The notes beneath the pieces were generated by a model. That model searched no databases and was not told the DNA's origin. It saw only the letters and a list, made by a program, of their open reading frames with translations. Shown piece after piece: positions 49,911 through 62,879 of a DNA stretch of 64,000 bases (position 1 is the stretch's first letter; every line of letters starts with the position of its first letter). Source of the stretch: Balamuthia mandrillaris (Eukaryota); assembly GCA_031835245.2 (NCBI GenBank), contig JAVKOQ020000035.1, positions 62,001 through 126,000 on the forward strand, in the 5' to 3' direction. The translations under genes and the position numbers were made by a program.

Positions 49911-50030
49911 ACCAAGAGTCAGCAAACAGACAAGAAAGGAAGCAGCAAAGAAGAAAAGGAGGAAAACAGAAGAGCTACCGTGAGCAAAGGTCAAAAGACC
50001 GAACAGAGCAAGAACGAAAAGAGCCTTCAT
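49546..50030 (-). CDS. Small secreted 8-Cys protein, paralogue A
   Basis: Signal peptide MKALFVLALFGLLTFAH|A; phase-1 intron; ends GAAASLSPFWMF. Confidence 0.85.
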
Positions 50031-50364
50031 GTTAGGTGGTATGTGTGCGTTTAATATTTGAAACAAAAGTGATCGTGTTGTTCTAGTTCCTGTTCGGAAG
50101 GGGTTTGGAAATGAAAAAGAAACAAAAGGAGAGGAAAAACGAAGAAGAAAGCAAAGGGGCAGTAAGGTGTCAAAGGTTTTCTATGCCAGTTACCATGCAA
50201 TTAATATAGCACTTGTTGCTTTCCTATCTGCCCGGCAATGAAGCTAATTAAGATCATAGACAACAACTACGATGATGAACTGCGGACACCTCTCCCGCCC
50301 GAGGCACTAATGTTGCGTTGCGCTGTTCTCCGTTTATTTAAATAAATAATAACTGTTCTATTGT

Positions 50365-50980
50365 TTACAGCCAGAAAGGAGGAGCCATGGGAGAAGCAGA
50401 GGACCTGCTGCATTCCTCGCCAAACGCAATCCTGATGAAGGTGCCGTCGCCAAAGTCGCTGCAGTGGCTGCTGTCCAACACGAAGGCGGTGCCACCGCAG
50501 TTGGCACCCATGAAGTAGGTGAGGGTCTCCGCCTCGCAGTCGGCCTTGAAGTAGCTTCCTCGTATTTGGGAGCAGACGTTGGCCTGGAGGGCGTACTCTT
50601 GGCAAGGGTGCCGCAGGCCGGCATCCACCGTGCACTCTGCGTCGCTGTAAAAGGTTGTGGCAAAGCGGCATGATGCTCCTTTTATTTATTTTTTTTTGTT
50701 CGGTTAGGACGAGAAGGAGAAGGAGAAGGAGAGGGAGAAGGAGAAGGAGAGGGAGAAGGAGAAGGAGAGGGAGAAGGAGAAGGAGAAGGAGAAGAAGAAG
50801 AAGAAGAAGAGGAAGGAGAAGAAGGAAAAGAAGAAGAAAAAGAACAAAGAGTGGAGGAAGAGAAGAAGAAAACAAAGGAGAAAAGCAGAGTGAGCAAGAG
50901 CAAAAAAGAGCAAAAGTAAGTATACCTTGAGCGATCCCTATCACGCCCAACACGAACAACGCAACCAAAAATGTCCGCAT
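50365..50980 (-). CDS. Small secreted 8-Cys protein, paralogue B
   Basis: MRTFLVALFVLGVIGIAQ|GASCRFATTFYSDAEC...; ends SSASPMAPPFWL. Confidence 0.85.
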
Positions 50981-51555
50981 CTTTAACACTGCTATTGCTC
51001 TTGTTCTCTTTGTTCGACTCCGACTCGTTTAACAAAACAAACAAAGAGAGAGGAGAGTTTATGGCGTGGGCATTCCATCCCGGATGGGAAAGAACGGGGA
51101 TGTTGTTCAGTTACAAAATGGCCGAAGGTCCACCGGTCGCCCACCAGAGCCCACCAAACATCGGAGGTCCCTTATTTGCTTTTAAAACGATGCAAAACGA
51201 AAGAAGAATGCACCTTCGGACGTTTTTGTTTATAGCGCTTCGGGAGCGCGTTTGTAGACGCTTCGTTTCGTCAAGGAGGAGGTTCGGGTCATTTTTTGCA
51301 TTACAGAACACGAGCAGGTTCCTCCAATGAATGCTAAAAAGGAGTGTACAATCGCGTGTAAGTTCGAACTACCGGGCTTATAAAGCACAGCAACCCTAAA
51401 GGAAAAATCAAAATGCCCGAAAGAACACTCTCAAGTGTTACTCTTTGTAAGGAGCGAGCGCTCTTAGACTTCGGCTCCTCTTCCTTGTTTTTTTGTTTTT
51501 CGTTCTCACACTTAAAACTGTCGTTTAAGAGTGTTTATTAATAACGTTTCGAGTT

Positions 51556-51995
51556 TTACATCCAGAAAGGAGTCACGGTGGAGGCAGGGCTGCCACCGCA
51601 CTTCTCTCCAAAGACCAAGGCGTAGTAGACGCCTTCTCCGAGCATCTCCGTGCACATGTCGCTGTTGAGGTTGACGCTGGCGCCGGAGCAGTCCTCGGTG
51701 GTATAGTAACCCACGTTCTCCGCCTCACAGTCGACCTTGATGTACTGTCCCTGTTGAGTTCCGGGGGTGCACACGCCGTCCTCGAAGCTGTAGCCCTCGC
51801 AGGGGTACTCGGAGCTGGCATCAGTCTCGCAGTTTCCATCGCTGAAGAACTTCATGGAGAAGTCACAAGCTATTTTATTGTTTCTTGTTTGTTAGAAGGG
51901 AGAGGGAAAGTGTTGAAGAGGAGAGAAGGCTTGTCGTTACCCTGAGACATGGCCAAAAGACCAAAGAGAACGAGAGCGACGCCGAGAGCCTTCAT
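51556..51995 (-). CDS. Small secreted 8-Cys protein, paralogue C
   Basis: MKALGVALVLFGLLAMSQ|ACDFSMKFFSDGNC...; ends SPASTVTPFWM. Confidence 0.85.
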
Positions 51996-52851
51996 TGTAA
52001 TGTTTGTTTGTGTGAAGCGAGTGTACAAGTGTAAGGAATAGTTGGATTGTTTTGTTGTTGTAAGAAAAAAAACCCAAAAGGAAGTGAGAGTCCACTATTT
52101 ATGCTGTTCGGAGAGAGCGAGAGAGGGCACCCACCGGGGCACGTCAAACATTTTATTCCTTTCGGTTTGAAGGGAAACCAATGGGCATTGCGCCTAAAGT
52201 TAATGAATTGCACGTTTCACCAATTGGCAGGCATTGCCTTCCGGTAATAAATATATTGCCTCACAACGGGCCTGCCGGGTAACTCTTCCTAAGGACAATG
52301 GAGTAGGTGATCACGATGGATGTTTTGAAAACTCCAAGTTTTGACTGTGTGCCACCACCAATCATTTTTTTCGGGGTAGGGACCCAAAGCAACTATGACC
52401 AAAGTTGAAACAGCCTCCCGAAACCCCTTAACGACTCGCCTATTTTGCTTCCTTTTGAGTGTTTTCTCCCATAGTGACGGTTTTGGTTTTTTTTTGTTTG
52501 CTATAGTTGGACAGGGCGAACCTTCTTTTGAAATACCACAATAACTAAACTACAATAGAGAACAAGAAGCAAGAGCTAGTGATGAAAGAGCAAACCTCTA
52601 ACCTCTCTGGCTCTTCCTCCTAAGATGACACTTGGAGGCAAAACACCGACAAAGGAAAGAGTTCAAACTGCATTGACATGGTGTTCTTTTGTTTGTTGTT
52701 GTTAGTTGGCAAAGACCCTTCTTGGATTGTCTTGTCTTGTTTCGTGTTAACCAACGACACGTGTCCTCACGTTTTGTGAAGATGATGATATTCCAGATGC
52801 GCTGAACTTTATTTTTAGAACTTTACACCAGAACTTTTGGTTTGAAAAATA

Positions 52852-53354
52852 TCAGACCCAAAACGGTTCCAGCGTGGAAGCCGAGCTACCGCCACCAGGT
52901 TTACACTGGTCGGCTCCAAACACAAAAGAATACCAGACGTCTTCCACGATCCAGAGGAGGCACAGCCCGCTCGGCACAGTGACGCCGGTTCCCTCCGTGC
53001 ATTCTCCGTCCTCCTCGAAGCTGATGAGGGCCTCCTCCTCGCAGTCGGCCTTGAGGAAAACCTCTCCGGGGGCATAAGGGCTCTCCGAGCAGCGCATGTG
53101 CTCAAACGTGTAGCTCTCGCACGGATACTGAGAGGACCTTGTGCAGTTGGCGTCGCTGAAAAAGTGGAGCGACAAGACACAAGTTTGAGCTTTTTTAAAA
53201 AAAAATATAGAAAGCAACAGAAGTTAGTAAAGAGAACAAAAACGAAAAGAAAGAAAAGAAAGAAAAGAATGAAAAGACAGAAAAATGGATAACCTTTGGT
53301 GGTGGCCATTAGCCCCAACAAGATGAACCAACAAATACCAAGAAGAGCTTTCAT
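52852..53354 (-). CDS. Small secreted 8-Cys protein, paralogue D
   Basis: MKALLGICWFILLGLMATTK|AQTCVLSLHFFSDANC...; ends SSASTLEPFWV. Confidence 0.85.
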
Positions 53355-53650
53355 GGCCACAAGTGTATTTTCAAAAGCATATAACCCAGAGCACCGAACC
53401 TCACCACCACCTACTCAGTGCCGCGTTGTTCTCTTTAGTGTTTTGCACACCACCTGTTGTCGCTCAAGGCGCCTCCGCAGATTCATTCTCGAATCGTCCT
53501 TTATTAATTTGATTTCTGGCCAATAGCATGGGAGAGTTCAAGATCGTAACGTATTGTAGATCTTATTTGGAATTATCGTAACATTATCGATTATTTATGT
53601 TATTTTATTTCATATTTATATTTATAATTCTTTTTTTTTGTTGAGTTTTA

Positions 53651-56600
53651 TTAAAGGAACCAAAAGCCAGTCGACTCGGATGGAGAAGTTGCTGCGGCTT
53701 TGGTGTCGTTTATAAACGAACAGTCAGTTTCAGCAACAACATAAGACAACAACTAAAGACAACGAGAAGAGAGACAGAGAGAGAGGAGGAGAGAGAGGAG
53801 GAGAGAGACAGGAGAGGAGAGAGAGGAGAGAGAGAGAGAGAGAGGAGGAGAGAAGAAAGAAGAAAGAAGAAAGAAGAAAGAGGAAAGAGGAAAGAGAGAA
53901 AGAAGAAGAAAGGAGAAAGAAGAGACACAGAGAAGACAAAGGAACGAACCAGAAGAAAAGGACTGTGGTTCCTCGGCGGAGGAAGAAGGAATAAAGCTTC
54001 CAAAGCGTTTGCCCATCTGCTCCATGAAGGAGAGGGAGGTTGAAGCATCGCCACTCGGGCTTCGTTCGTGCGAGGCTTTCGTTTCGCTCTTTTGTAGCAA
54101 GTGTTGTTTTGTTGTCTCTGAAGAAGACCATAAAGAAGGCACAGCGATGTTGCTGTTGGCAAGAGAACGGTAGAGCAGAAGCTCGCTGTCGGTACTTTCG
54201 CCGAACGGCAATAACAAACTTGTTTGGTCGGTTGGGTTTGTTCTTCTGCCAACTGTTTCATATAAACGTTAAGGTAAAGTTTGAAAACTAAAACCTAACA
54301 AAAGGATGAAAGAATGGAAGGAAAGAGATTAAAACCATCTTCGTCGGACAAGAGAAAAGCATCAGTGATAGGAAGATAACGGAGGCGAGGAGCCGGCGGA
54401 GTGACCAAAGGCAACAGATTGTGTCGTTCGTTGGGAATCGGTTTGTATTTCCTGTATAGCAACACAATAGCGAATTAATAAGAAGAGAAAAAGAGAAAGC
54501 ACGACAAGACAGAAGGAAGAACGTACACATCGCTGTGCAAGCGATTCAGTTGGACGAGGAAGCCCAACAAACTGGCACAACGGCAATAGCACTGCTTCAC
54601 GCAATCGCTGATGTGCGGTTGATAAAACGCACGATCGATAGGATCAAGCTGATAATAAAGTAACGTTAACACGAAAGGCATGAACAAGAAGCACAGGAAG
54701 AAGAAGAGGAAGAACAACAACAACAAGAAGTTAGTGATGGTGATAAAGACGAAGAAGGCCATGAAATCCAAGAAAGACGAAGGAAAATATGTACCAAGTC
54801 AAGCAAACGGTTCAAGAGCGCATCGGCATTAGTTCTGCTTGATTTATCTGAAGTAGTTTCTTTCTCTTGTTCTCCTTCTTCTTTCTCCAATTGAAGCATC
54901 AACTCATAGTCATCATAAACACCAGTTCGTGCAGATGAAGACTGGCTCTTATCATTTCTTTTTCTTCCTCCTTCTCCTGTATTATCCTGCTTTGCTTCCT
55001 CGTTGTCTTCTTCTTCTGCCTCTTCATCGTCATCATAGTCTTCATCATCATCGTCATTTGAACGTGTTATCGTCGATGTGAGATACGGACCGTAACGTGA
55101 ACGTGCGGTCTTTGCTTTGCTCTTGTTTTGTTGATGGCTGTTTCTTCTTCTAAGGTCTTTCGTCTCTGCTTCACCTCCTCCAATTATGTCCAACAACAAA
55201 CTTGTATCAAACAAAAGTTGAATACATCCTTCTTTGCAGATGTTCAAGCGCTCATCATCTACTTTCTTGTTTACTTCGTGTGCCGTTTCTCCTTTTTCTT
55301 TCTCCTTTTCTTCTTCTTTGTTCTCATCTTCTTGAAGTTTTTTTCTTTCTTCACCTTCTTCCTCCGATTTGTTGTGCAGCTTTGAAGACGAAACGGTTTC
55401 CTCTTCAGAAAGCAAAGTGGCTTCTGCTTCCAATGCGGAAACTAAGTCGGAGTAGATGTCCCAAACGTTGCATGCCAATTTTCTAACAAAGTAATGCAAT
55501 ATTATCTTATGTGTATAGAAAAAAATATATCAGTATGCAAGCGAATGATGAAATGAAAAAGATAGAAAAGACATTAATTAGTACCTCGTCAGGGCAGTAA
55601 GCGTTGGCCTTGTGAATATCTTGACACGCCTTAAACAAGATCGAGAGCACATACGGCGAGGGTTGACAAGGAAGAAAAACTTGTGTCTCTTCCGTTTCAT
55701 TCCGTTCTTCCTTTTCCTTCTTTTCCTCATCATCAACATCTGGAGATGCAAAAGGAAGAACAACGGTAAAAGGTTGCCATCCAAGTTGACGGCTGCTATC
55801 GTCCCATCGCTCCGTAGCAAGTCCCCTTCGTAGCCGCAACGCTAATCTGTCGCTCAACCAACGGCTCCAAAGACGATTGGCTCTCAAGTAAAGTTTGCGA
55901 AGGAGGCAGCGAAGTCGCCTCCAATTGGCAGAGTACCTTCGTTTCTTCCTCTTTCTTCTCTCCTCCTCCTCTTTCTTCCTGGAGAGAAGGTAGGCAGAGA
56001 GTGATGAACTCGAGTCTGATTGCTGGGAATTCCAATTCTTACTCAAAAGACGTTGCCGAAGACTCAAGTTGATGGAGGAAGAAGAGGAAGTTAAAGAATC
56101 TTCTGTTTCGCGGGATGGAGAAACGTAGCTTGTGAAGATAATAGGAAGTTGTGATGACTTTTCGGAGATGCCGCGACTCACTCTGGCGATGAACAACAGC
56201 TGCTCGATCGTTGCACGATACAACAGTTCTTCTTTTCTCTCCTCTTCATCTTCGTCATAGTCATCATCGACGTTATCACTATTGCTGTTGCCATTTTCAT
56301 AGTCAATGAAATCGAACTGCATCTTTGAGTCTTTCTTTCTTCGTGTTTCTTTTTCGGTGTTACGAGTTGTCGTATTAACGGAGGCGATTAGTTGTTGTTG
56401 CAGACGTTCTACTAACTCGTCTAGTTGTTTATAAAGACGTAAAGTGGCCTCGAGGCAAGTGTCTTGAACGAACGACAAGAGCGCCTTGTGGATTTCTTCT
56501 TGTTCTTTCTGCTTTTTCTCTTTTGCTGCATATTGTTTGAGTTAATTTTATGCCAAGAGAGAGGAGTGAGGTGAGAGATGAAATGAAAGAACCTTCTATA

Positions 56601-57059
56601 ACTTCTCTTGTTTCTTGTTCCTCATTGGATTCTTCTTCCATCTTTTGTAAGTACCCCGAAGACGAAGAGGGCCAACTGTGTTGCTTTGCCTTCTTGTTTT
56701 TGCTCTCAACCAATTCATTTTCTTGCTGCCAGTATTGTTGTTCCTCTTGTTTTATTTCCAGTTCTTTCTGTTTCTTTTCTTCTGTAACTCTGTTAGATGA
56801 TGACGTCAAAACGTGGTTTAGGTCTTGCATAATGGCAGAAAGTTGAGTGTCCAAGTCTTGAACAACTTCCAGTTCGAACATTTTCCATTCTGCAACGGTT
56901 GTTCTTGTCGTTCGTTTTTGTTGCTGTTGTTGAGTTGTGACGGGCAGTAGTGACACCGAGAAGAGAGAAGATGAAGAGGAAAATGGCTCAAGACTTGGTT
57001 GGCTTTTCCAGACGTATTCTCCCAATGAATCTGGTTACAATCGATTAAGTCAGTAGCGC

Positions 57060-57104
<45 letters not shown>

Positions 57105-57310
57105 ACAAGTAAACACCTTCTTCAGTAACAGAGGAAAGTCGTTTATCAAGGACTGATAATTGTAGAGTGGAAAACGAGCTACGAATAATATCTTTGGCCG
57201 TCTCGAGGAAGACATCGCGGAACAACAGCTCCCATACTCCTATTTGTTTGTCTAACACATTCGCGCATATCTATAACGTAAAGCTTATGAGAGAGAAAGA
57301 ACGCGAGAGG

Positions 57311-57363
<53 letters not shown>

Positions 57364-58622
57364 CAGGAGGAGGAGGAGGAGGAGAAAGGAAGATACCTCG
57401 CGCCAAACGTTAGAAGATGCGGAGAAAACAATTTCAGAAGAGGAAGACGAAGTAGTCGTGTAACAGGGAGGAAAGGGTGGAGCTTCGACTGCTTCCTGCA
57501 ACTGTTCTTGCACAGCAGCAAGGTCCATCGCCTTAGTGATAGAAGCAGAGAGCAACGTCTTCGTTTTCATTCTGATGTTTGTCGACAGCTCTTGTAACCA
57601 TTCTTTGCTCGTTGAAGCACAAACATCCGACGACAGATCCAAAACATATTTTTGTTTCCCTTCTTGAAGAGTTGAGGGAGAAGAAGCGAACTCACGAAGC
57701 AACATCGGTAGCAAAGAGGAAGGAGCGCCGTAACAAGTGCTAGTTGCAAAAGGTTCTACAAAAATGGCTCCCACATGGAAGAGAGTACATTGAACAGCGG
57801 CAGCCACGCAACCAAGAACTTGACTCACTTGATGAGAAGGAGAAGAGGAAGGATTGTCAGGAGTTATCGTTGATGAGAATGGAAGAGAGAGTCGTGGATC
57901 ATCAAAGAGAGATAAAATGGCGGTTCTTTGAGAGTTCAGAAACGTGAGAAAGGCATCTTTTGGAGGAAGAGCACCCAATAGAATGAGAGAGCAAAGGGCT
58001 CCAGCATAATGCTTTAAAAAAATAAAACAAGGAAGCAGTTAGTGAGTATTGAATGATAAAAGAGATAGGTGGAAAGAGAAAGAGGAAAGGAACGTACTTG
58101 GCTGGAGGCTTTGGTAGAGTGCAACTTGGCATGACTCTTTTGCTTGATTTCGGTAGGAAATTGACTTATGAGAGACCATTGTCGAGTTACCAACGGTATT
58201 TGAGTCTGTGGCAATCAGTTTAAAAAAATGTCACAAGGAAAAGAGGAGAGATGAAAGACAGCGAAGCAAAGAAAAACGCAATGCACATACCAAAAGCCTT
58301 GTGGATGCTTTGTCAGTTGTAAGATTACTATGAACTCTTTCTGCATTACTGTATAACATAGTTGCAGTGAAATAGTCGTCATCTTCCAGCTTTGACCATA
58401 TCTGATGTTTTCGCATTTTTTTAAGGATGCTAACGAAGAGAGAAGAGAGAACGAGAGAACGAGAAGTGAAACCTGTTCAGGAGCATCCACCAACGACTTG
58501 ATATGAAGAGCAACGTGATAGCGTTGACGATCCTTGGCCTTCTCTGCGTTATCAAAAATATTTTGTTAGGCTTGTGTTTCTCTCAGAGCGAAAGCATTAG
58601 AGAAAAAAGAGAAGGAGAGAGA

Positions 58623-58671
<49 letters not shown>

Positions 58672-59259
58672 CCATCACTGTTCAGTTGCGGTGGTGCACG
58701 CAGTAAAGAGGAGGAAGAGCTTCCACGCCATTTCTTGCTGTGGTTGTTGTTGCTGTGGCTGTCACTCTGAAGAGCTGAGAACAAATGTTTGCAATCACGC
58801 TGAATGTCCTCCAACTTTTGACAGGCATTGAGGGCGGCATGCTTCATTGCAATGACAGAGTCAGCAGAGTCGATCAAGTCTCTGTACCTCGCCCTGAATT
58901 TTTTTGTTGAAGTTATTTCAATCGAAAACAAACAACAAGAAACCAAGAAGAAGAAGAAGAAGAAGAAGAAGAAGAAGAAGAAGAAGAAGAAGAACAAGAA
59001 GAACAAGAAGAACAAGAAAGAAGAAAAAGAGGAAGAAGGAACGAAAGAAGAAGAAGAAGAAAGAACGAGAAAGCTGTTTTTTGAAAAAAAAAAAGTAGTA
59101 CTACCCAACGAGTTTGCGCAGCTCTTGCTTCTTGTCCTCGATGTCCTGTCTGGTGCTGGACTCGCGCACGCGGATCTCATCGACGGTGTGCCGCTCGAAG
59201 AGCTGGCGCGCTTCGTACTCGAGGGCTGACTCGCCGCTGGCCCTCGTTCGCGCTTGCAT
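53651..59259 (-). CDS. COG1: Conserved oligomeric Golgi complex subunit 1, multi-exon
   Basis: LFERHTVDEIR...IEDKKQELRKLVG|ARYRDLIDSADSV; QIKSLVDAPEQ|IWSKLE; LDPIDRAFYQPHI. The terminal exon is inferred. Confidence 0.87.
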
Positions 59260-59546
59260 CTCTTCGTCTTTGGCGTTCTTTTCCCTTTTTGCTGTTTTTT
59301 TTCTTTAGTGACGTCATCACTTAGCAAAAAAAAGTAAAGAATGATGTGGCTCCTTTGAAGGTGTCGACATTATTTTACGTCTGCCTCCAACGCGCGATGG
59401 TTTGATTCAGCAGCCGTCCTTGTCGCTCCTGCTAAAAGAAGCATGGAAGCCCAAGGACTTTTTGGCTGCCCGTTTTTCCCTTGCCATTTCTTTTCAGTCT
59501 CTATTTTGTGTAGACTCTCAACTTTTTGTCGACAGGCAAAACTATT

Positions 59547-61046
59547 TTATGTAGACTTTGTCGACAAGCCTCTTTTTCTTGCGCTCTTCTCTTTCTCGTG
59601 CGCGCAGAGCCTCCGCAGAGTCCTGCGGCTGGCGGGACACGGCGGCTGTGCCTCCAGGCACATCCACCGCAACAGCTTCCATCGCGGCTCCTGCACTGCC
59701 GCCAGGCTCGTCTCCTTGTCCCAAGGACAGGGCGGCTTGGCCTCCTCTCGCATCCAACGGAGCATAGCAAGTGCTTGTTCGTTGTAGACATGACCATTCA
59801 AATAGCCGACGGCGGCTGTGCTGGTCTCCACGCCCCAAGGGAAGGGCGGGTGAACCTCCAACCTAAGGAACTGCAGGGTCTCCAGTCGACCGTCGCCAGC
59901 AGCATTGGTGCAAAGTTTGGTGGAGCGATAGCTTTGCTTTGCTTTGGCCAGGCCTTTTCTTCCTTTCTGTTGGTACAACCAACGCAGCACCTCGGTGTGC
60001 CCCCTTCCCGCCACTTTAGCCACTGCAGAGGTGTGCAAGGGACAGCCTTGCTCCTCCAGCCATTGCAAGATGTGCAAGTGACCGCTTTCCGCTGCAATAG
60101 CAGAAATCCCGTCATCCAACGGACCTCCACGAGCCGCCAGCCATTGCAAAGCGTCCAAGTGGCCATTCTTGGCAGCACAGCGGCAGTCCCACCAATTGCC
60201 CTCATAGGGAATGCCCAGGTCGGCCTCCAACCACTGCAGCACGGCTAGACTTCCTCCCTCCGCTGGAGACCTGTAGACATGCTTGTCCGCTTTGGGATTA
60301 TAGCCGAGCTCCTCCACTGCCCAACGTAGCACATGGAGGTGCCCCCCTTCCGCTGCTGACCTAAATACGTTCCCCACCTTGAACTTCGCCAATTGTTGTT
60401 TCTTCTGTCCTGCTGCAGTCATTCCTCTGGCTCTCTCTTTGGCTGCTGCGTTATCCGTCTCGGCTTTTATCCACTTAAGGGTATCCAGGCGTCCTCCGAT
60501 GGCTGCTCCGCGGGCAGTGTAGCTACTCAGCTCGTATGAAGGTCCGTGATGGGGAATGTCCGCCACCCATCGAAGGATGTGAGTGTGGCCAGCACGAGCC
60601 GCAACATAACACGCATCATATGCACAGGAGGGCAACCAGCTCTGTGACCACTGGTAGAGCCACTGGAGAACTTGCACGTGGCCTGCTTCAGCAGCTGCCA
60701 CTATGACTTCTCTGCTAACTGTTTTACTATCAAGAAGAGCCTGGAGGACGTCGAGGCGACCTGTGGCAGCTGCCGCCACACAGATCCCCTTTGAGGGTGT
60801 TAGCAACGCACGCTCCGTTGCCCATTTCCAAAGGGATGCTTCATTTTCATCGTGTTGCGCTTCGTCTTTGGTAAGGCTAAGAATGGTCCTAGCACCCAAG
60901 AAGTTTCTGTTGTCCAGTGGGATGAACTCTCGCCAGCAACGGCAGACCTGAGCCACAAGGCCGGCCAGACCCTCCGGCACCAGGTCGTTAAGAATATAGC
61001 GGAGGAGCTCTGCGGGAAGGTCGTTGATCGTGTACGGTTCACCCAT
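59547..61046 (-). CDS. F-box plus ankyrin-repeat protein, intronless CDS
   Basis: INDLPAELLRYIL...VCRCWR; multiple AAxxGHLxxLQWL repeats; PPCPWD. Confidence 0.88.
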   Translation of the reverse strand: MGEPYTINDLPAELLRYILNDLVPEGLAGLVAQVCRCWREFIPLDNRNFLGARTILSLTKDEAQHDENEASLWKWATERALLTPSKGICVAAAATGRLDVLQALLDSKTVSREVIVAAAEAGHVQVLQWLYQWSQSWLPSCAYDACYVAARAGHTHILRWVADIPHHGPSYELSSYTARGAAIGGRLDTLKWIKAETDNAAAKERARGMTAAGQKKQQLAKFKVGNVFRSAAEGGHLHVLRWAVEELGYNPKADKHVYRSPAEGGSLAVLQWLEADLGIPYEGNWWDCRCAAKNGHLDALQWLAARGGPLDDGISAIAAESGHLHILQWLEEQGCPLHTSAVAKVAGRGHTEVLRWLYQQKGRKGLAKAKQSYRSTKLCTNAAGDGRLETLQFLRLEVHPPFPWGVETSTAAVGYLNGHVYNEQALAMLRWMREEAKPPCPWDKETSLAAVQEPRWKLLRWMCLEAQPPCPASRRTLRRLCAHEKEKSARKRGLSTKST

Positions 61047-61147
61047 TCTTGTTTTGTTGCGTTGACTCCCTCAACGACTGGGTTACCGGTAATTATCTGT
61101 AAATGAGGACAGGAGAGAGAAGCCCCTGTCGACATATATTCATAGAC

Positions 61148-61425
61148 GGTGAGAGGAGAGAGGAGAGCGAAGAGGAAGGAGAGAGGAGAGAGCAGAGAGA
61201 CGAGAGAAGAGAGGAGAGAGGAGAGGAGAGGGGAGAGGACGGAGAGAGGAGAGAGGAGAGCAGAGGGAGAGAGGAGAGAGGAGAGAGGAGAGAGGAGAAG
61301 GGAGAGGAGGAGAAGAGAGGGGAGAGAGGAGAGGAGAGGAAGAGAGAGGAGAGAAGAGAAAGAGAGAAGAGAGAAGAGAGAAGAGAGAAGAGAGAAGAGA
61401 GAAGAGAGAAGAGAGAAGAGAGAAG
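61148..61425. repeat. (GAGAG/GAGAA)n purine tract between divergent genes
   Basis: Directly visible. Confidence 0.92.
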
Positions 61426-61439
61426 CAGAAAGAGTTGAC

Positions 61440-61984
61440 ATGGAAGAAGTGAGAGAGCAAGAAGGTGAGGCTGCGGGTTTTGCCTGCATCCTTCCGGAAA
61501 CGTACAACCCGCTGGAGCTTTGCGTCGGCGGAGAGGAGGAACACAACAGCAGCAACGACCAAGATGTTGTTGCTGGGATGGAAAGACTGGAGCTCAAACA
61601 GAAAAAGGAGGAGGAGTACCACCAAAGGCTGGCCGAGAAGGAGGCGAAGCGAAAGGAGTACTGGCAGTTCAAACGGCGGCAACAAAAGGAGAGACGGCGG
61701 CAGAGAAAGCAAAAGGCCAAAGCTGCTCCCTCCAAAGAAGAAGCAGAGGAGGAGGAGGCGGAGGAACCAGAGGCATGCGAGTGCAGCGAGGAGGAAAGGG
61801 CGGCGCTTCGCCAGCAGCGGAGGCAGCGGAAGGAGGCGTTGGAGGCCCAATTTGTGACGCACAAACCGCGCGTGGTGGTCGACCTCTCGTTCGACGGCGT
61901 GCTCTCGTTGAAGGTTGGTTGGGCCATGGCCGCTCTGTTCAAAAAAAAAAGGTGTTGGCCAGGAGGTTGTGACTCGTTTTTCAT

Positions 61985-62029
<45 letters not shown>

Positions 62030-62215
62030 CTCCAACAGGAAGTACGCAGCGTGGCCAACCAAATCAACTTTTGCTACGGAGGGTACTCTTCTTTTTGCTT
62101 CTGCTCTGCTGCCTTTGCTTTTGCTTCTCTCCTTCTAGCTTCTCATTCTCTCCTTTCACGTCTCTCTGCTTGTCGTTCTCTTCACCTCCTCTTCTCTCGT
62201 TATAGCGCTCTTCTC

Positions 62216-62265
<50 letters not shown>

Positions 62266-62834
62266 TCAACTAAGCACATAATTATTAAACAAATAGAACG
62301 CGAAGCAGCAAAAGACCGTTGGAGCTGCACATAACAAGCGTGGAGGGCCGAATTGAGGAGGCTTTGCTGCGACATGCCGGCTACGACCGATGGCACGTGG
62401 GCAAGCACCGGGAGGATTATCTCCACGTCTTTGCCGAGGAGAAGGAGAAGCTGGTCTATCTCTCTCCCGATGCGGAGACCGTGTTGGAAGTTTTGGACGA
62501 AGACAAGATCTATATCGTGGGCGGCATTGCTGATGTAAATATCAAAAAGGTTTGTTGTTTCTTGTAATGACTACGTGCTAGCCAGTTCACTTTATGATTT
62601 GATTCTTGTGCTTCTGTCCTCCGTCTTCCTCCTGCCTTCTTCTTGGTAACTTACCGCTTTTATGAACCAAATAACAGGGATTAACGTATCACAAGGCAAA
62701 AGCCCAGGGCATTCCTTCAGCACGTCTTCCACTTCGCCGTTTTTCCACAGTTGGCCGAACGGTCCTCAACATCAACCACGGTATCACTTTATCTTTTTGT
62801 TGTTGTTTTATATCTTCTCACAAGGTTTTTTTGC

Positions 62835-62879
<45 letters not shown>

